Assembly (NCBI RefSeq): GCF_000143415.4
Contig: NW_003314280.1
Span: forward strand, 2,153,549-2,217,548
Direction: 5' to 3'
DNA length: 64,000 nt
Origin: Selaginella moellendorffii
Lineage: Eukaryota; Plantae; Lycopodiophyta
Positions 61,073-64,000 of the stretch are shown here, piece after piece (the stretch's first letter is position 1; every line of letters begins with the position of its first letter). A program made the translations under genes and the position numbers. The notes under the pieces were generated by a model, which was given only the letters and a program-made list of their open reading frames with translations, searched no databases and was not told the DNA's origin.

Positions 61073-61696
61073 ATGGGATTTGGGAATAGCTACAAGGTTC
61101 TTTCTCCTCTCTCCTGGGAGACGACAGCCGCGAAGCAGGGGGGATCGCCGGGTAACGGCAGCAGCGGCAGCAGCGCCGCGCGATCCCAGAGAGTGGTGGA
61201 TTTCGTGAAGAAATGGCTGCTCTGCGGCTGGAATCTCAACGCATCGGAGTATTCGCAGGTCGTGTCCCCAGGTAATCCTCTCAAGAGCAGCGGTGGCAGC
61301 GGTGGCGCTCCGGGGCGGGGGGCGGAGTGCTACGTGAGGCCGCCGCGTTGGAAGCAGTTCTTGCGGCGAGTGAGGGCGAGATCGAGGAAGGTCCGCGAGG
61401 GCTTGTGCTTCCACCCCCAGCAGCAGCCGCTCAACTATTGCAGCACCGATAGCTACGAGAGGAACTTCGATCGGGGGCGGGAGTTTTGGAGCGACGAGTT
61501 CGGCGCTCCGGACAGGAATCCGAGCCTTGCGGCTCCGCCAAGCTACGCGGCGGCGACGCTGCATCCCACGAGTTCTTCCACCCCGATCCTGTGGGAGGAG
61601 AAGCCGCTCCAGGATAGACTCCTGGCGGCTCCTCCCATTTGGCAGAGGAGGATGGTAGGCGATCACCTCACACCGATCGCCGTCGGCGCTGCTTAA
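61073..61696 (+). CDS. Conserved plant protein of unknown function (PRWKxFxRR ... SYxxNFD motif family)
   Basis: SEYSQVV...PPRWKQFLRR...LNYCSTDSYERNFDRG resembles the recalled plant motif PRWKTFIRR...YDPLSYALNFDEG. Confidence 0.65.
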   Translation: MGFGNSYKVLSPLSWETTAAKQGGSPGNGSSGSSAARSQRVVDFVKKWLLCGWNLNASEYSQVVSPGNPLKSSGGSGGAPGRGAECYVRPPRWKQFLRRVRARSRKVREGLCFHPQQQPLNYCSTDSYERNFDRGREFWSDEFGAPDRNPSLAAPPSYAAATLHPTSSSTPILWEEKPLQDRLLAAPPIWQRRMVGDHLTPIAVGAA

Positions 61697-62777
61697 AGGT
61701 TCTTTGTGATCTCTATCGTCTCTAGCTCCATCTCATTGATTCATGCGATCGATTCGTCAAGAGGATTCCACAAACTGCTGCTGATCGAGCTCAAGCCACC
61801 GAAAAAAACGATTTTTATCTCTTCCACTTAGTAGAGGAAAATGATCCACGGTCGATGGCAGCCTTGCAAAACTCCTTTTTTTGTGGCGGTGGTGGTGGTA
61901 CCGATTATCATGTCCTCAATCAATGTCCTCTATATTATCAAAGTGGGCCTCTGCAAAATTGGAATAACCACACAAGAGAACAGATGTACATGTACCATGA
62001 AAAAAAGAGAGGGAGGAGCACAAATAAATATATGCAAAATAATGTTTATCGAATCAAATCGTTCGTTGGTGTCTGTCTCGTCTCGCCAATCTCATCTCTC
62101 TCACACACTCAAACACATACAAAAAAAAGAGGAGCACGGTTGGATTGGATGATCCGTTCTTTCTTTCCAGCGCGGAGGATCACGTCGTCTTTCGCGGGGT
62201 CACATCCTTCCATTTGAATCGACTAAAATTCCCAAGATCCAGAGGACTTTGCGATGCAGCTAGTATGTAGCTCGCCCTTGATTTGTCTGCGCCTGGAAGT
62301 TGGAAGCATCCTCTTTTCGCCACAGCAAATGGTCAAAAAGTTTGCCCTGGACCAAAGCTGACCGTTGACATAGATCGGTACGGTCTCTGTGCCGCTGACC
62401 ACGTACGGACGCGGCCAGGTTTACTTTACCCTTTCCAGCCCTAAATCGCCTGTCAGTGAGACACTTGCCAGGAAAAGGAATGGGCCGTCAGATGGTTTTA
62501 GGGTAGTGATTTCGTTCGTCGATCGTCTGAGATGATCAGCGCGCTCGTCAGCCTGTTGCTCGAGGGCATGATCTGGTGCTCCGCGTATGGCCTCGTCGGG
62601 GCGCTGGCCCTCTGCCCGCATGTACACTGGACATTGATTCTTCTCTTTGGATGATTGATTGCGAGGAATCCACCGGTGGATCGAATGATCGCGGTGATGT
62701 AGTGCTCAAATAAAAAATCGCCCATTCTTTCTGATTGATTGGCTCGTTTATCTAGCGAAAAAATCTTCTCGTGTTAG

Positions 62778-64000
62778 ATGTGTTACCCAGCCCTAAGTGC
62801 TCGCAGCGCGCTCATCGCTGCTCTGGCGGCAGGGCAGCGATCGCAGGTGAGGCGATTTCCCTGGTTGGGTGCGAATGCCGCGGCGCCATCGCGTCCGGCG
62901 CCAGTGAAGCCGGATTTCTTTGACGACGATGACGAGGAGGAGGAGGAGGAGGATCAGAGGCAGCGGCGCAAGGCGGGCGAGCTGGATTGGGCGACTAGAG
63001 CTCGGGAGCTTGTGATTCAGGATATGAGCTTCCGGAAGTTCACCGACGAGGATTTCCAGGGCCTACTGCCCCCGCATTTGCGAATCTCCAAGAAGAAGGC
63101 CAAGAAGAAGAAGAAGAAGAAGACCAGGGCCAAGGAGGAAGGTGCCGAGGCTGCATTGCAGCTGGAGGAATCGCGCAGCGCGATTAAGACCAAAAAGAAG
63201 AAAGACAAGGACGATGATGCGAGCAGCAATCTCCAGGCTCCACTCCGGTCGATCCAAAGAAGCTCAAAGCGCTGGCTAAGAGATTTAACGCTCACAGGGA
63301 GCGCTACATGAACATCGAGCAAAGCTACAGCGACAGCGAAGGTGACGAGGGCGAGGAGGAGCTCACGACCGAGTTGACAGTGGTTTATGGGGAGCGTCGA
63401 GAGGAAGGAGGTGGTGAAGAGTCAGATGATGGCGAGCGGCCTTGAAAGATCCAAGGCTGCTGGAAATTCGTCTCAACCAGGACTTGGTCGACTCGAGGGA
63501 CGTGGAAGAAGTTTTGGAGACGATCGAGAGAGTGAAAGGAAGGTTTCGATTGAGCTCCATCAACGTCGCCACTGCTCTTCACAGGATCGCCAAGCATATG
63601 GTGACGCTGTCCATGTCCGAGACGAGAAGGCTCAAGTACGCCAGGCAGTGTGACGTGGCCGAGCTCGTTGCTTGGAATGCAACGCACAGGGCGTCTCCAA
63701 CATTGCCTATCTCCAAGATTGGAGGCCACCTTCTTTACCGCGGAGAGATGGAGATAATCGCTCGAGCAGCACTGGCGAAGGTTGACGAGTTCAATCCCAG
63801 AACATTGCCGGAGCTTTTGCTTCCATGCAGCACAGCTCGCCCGCACTCTTTGAGAAGCTCATGGACGCTGCGAGCAGAGTTTCCAAGGAGTTTCGAGCAC
63901 AGGAACTGGCCCAGCTTCTTTGGTCGTTCGGGTGCATGGCTCGGCCTCTGGATTCTTTCCTGGACTCATCGGCTTTTCAGCAAGAACAAGGTTCTCCAGA
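62778..64000 (+). pseudogene. RAP: Chloroplast RAP-domain/OPR protein (At2g31890-like), multiple frameshifts, runs off the window
   Basis: Across shifting frames: LNQDLVD...INVATALHRIAKHM...RRLKYARQ...CNAQGVSNIA...SKIGG.LLY..EM...VDEFN...NIAGAFASMQHS...QELAQLLWSF. Confidence 0.85.

Overview
This is eukaryotic plant nuclear DNA, most likely a lycophyte (Selaginella-like). That assignment is inferred from very short GT-AG introns (about 50-70 nt), extreme gene density, PLS-class PPR genes and a microbial-type terpene synthase (MTPSL). Bases 1-16.1 kb are a three-layer nest of LTR retroelements: a ~7.1 kb gypsy/chromovirus-derived element (TSD CTAAG) inside a second copy of the same family (TSD GTCCT), itself inside another LTR. 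Bases 16.1-18.3 kb are an AT-rich island holding an intronless, signal-peptide-bearing bulb-type lectin gene with one in-frame stop. Bases 18.4-34.6 kb are a compact gene block: two PPRs, NDUFC2, SOSEKI, an unknown two-exon gene, a three-unit PsbY, RPS17, PTAC18, a catalytically degenerate BSP/PR-17, a UBP and riboflavin synthase. Bases 34.6-55 kb are a rearranged tandem-duplication zone (one intact At1g73470-like gene plus pseudo-copies, five broken F-box copies and a PP2C pseudogene). One dead copy there is split by a ~6 kb insertion carrying an intact MTPSL. Bases 55.5-64 kb hold a divergent kinase-like (DUF3669-like) ORF head-to-head with an intronless PP2C, then LTD, a third PPR, a conserved unknown protein and a RAP pseudogene. 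The best leads are the MTPSL-carrying insertion, the atypical kinase/PP2C pair, three candidate bicistronic loci, and the AT-rich lectin island. All family assignments come from recalled motifs, not from database searches.
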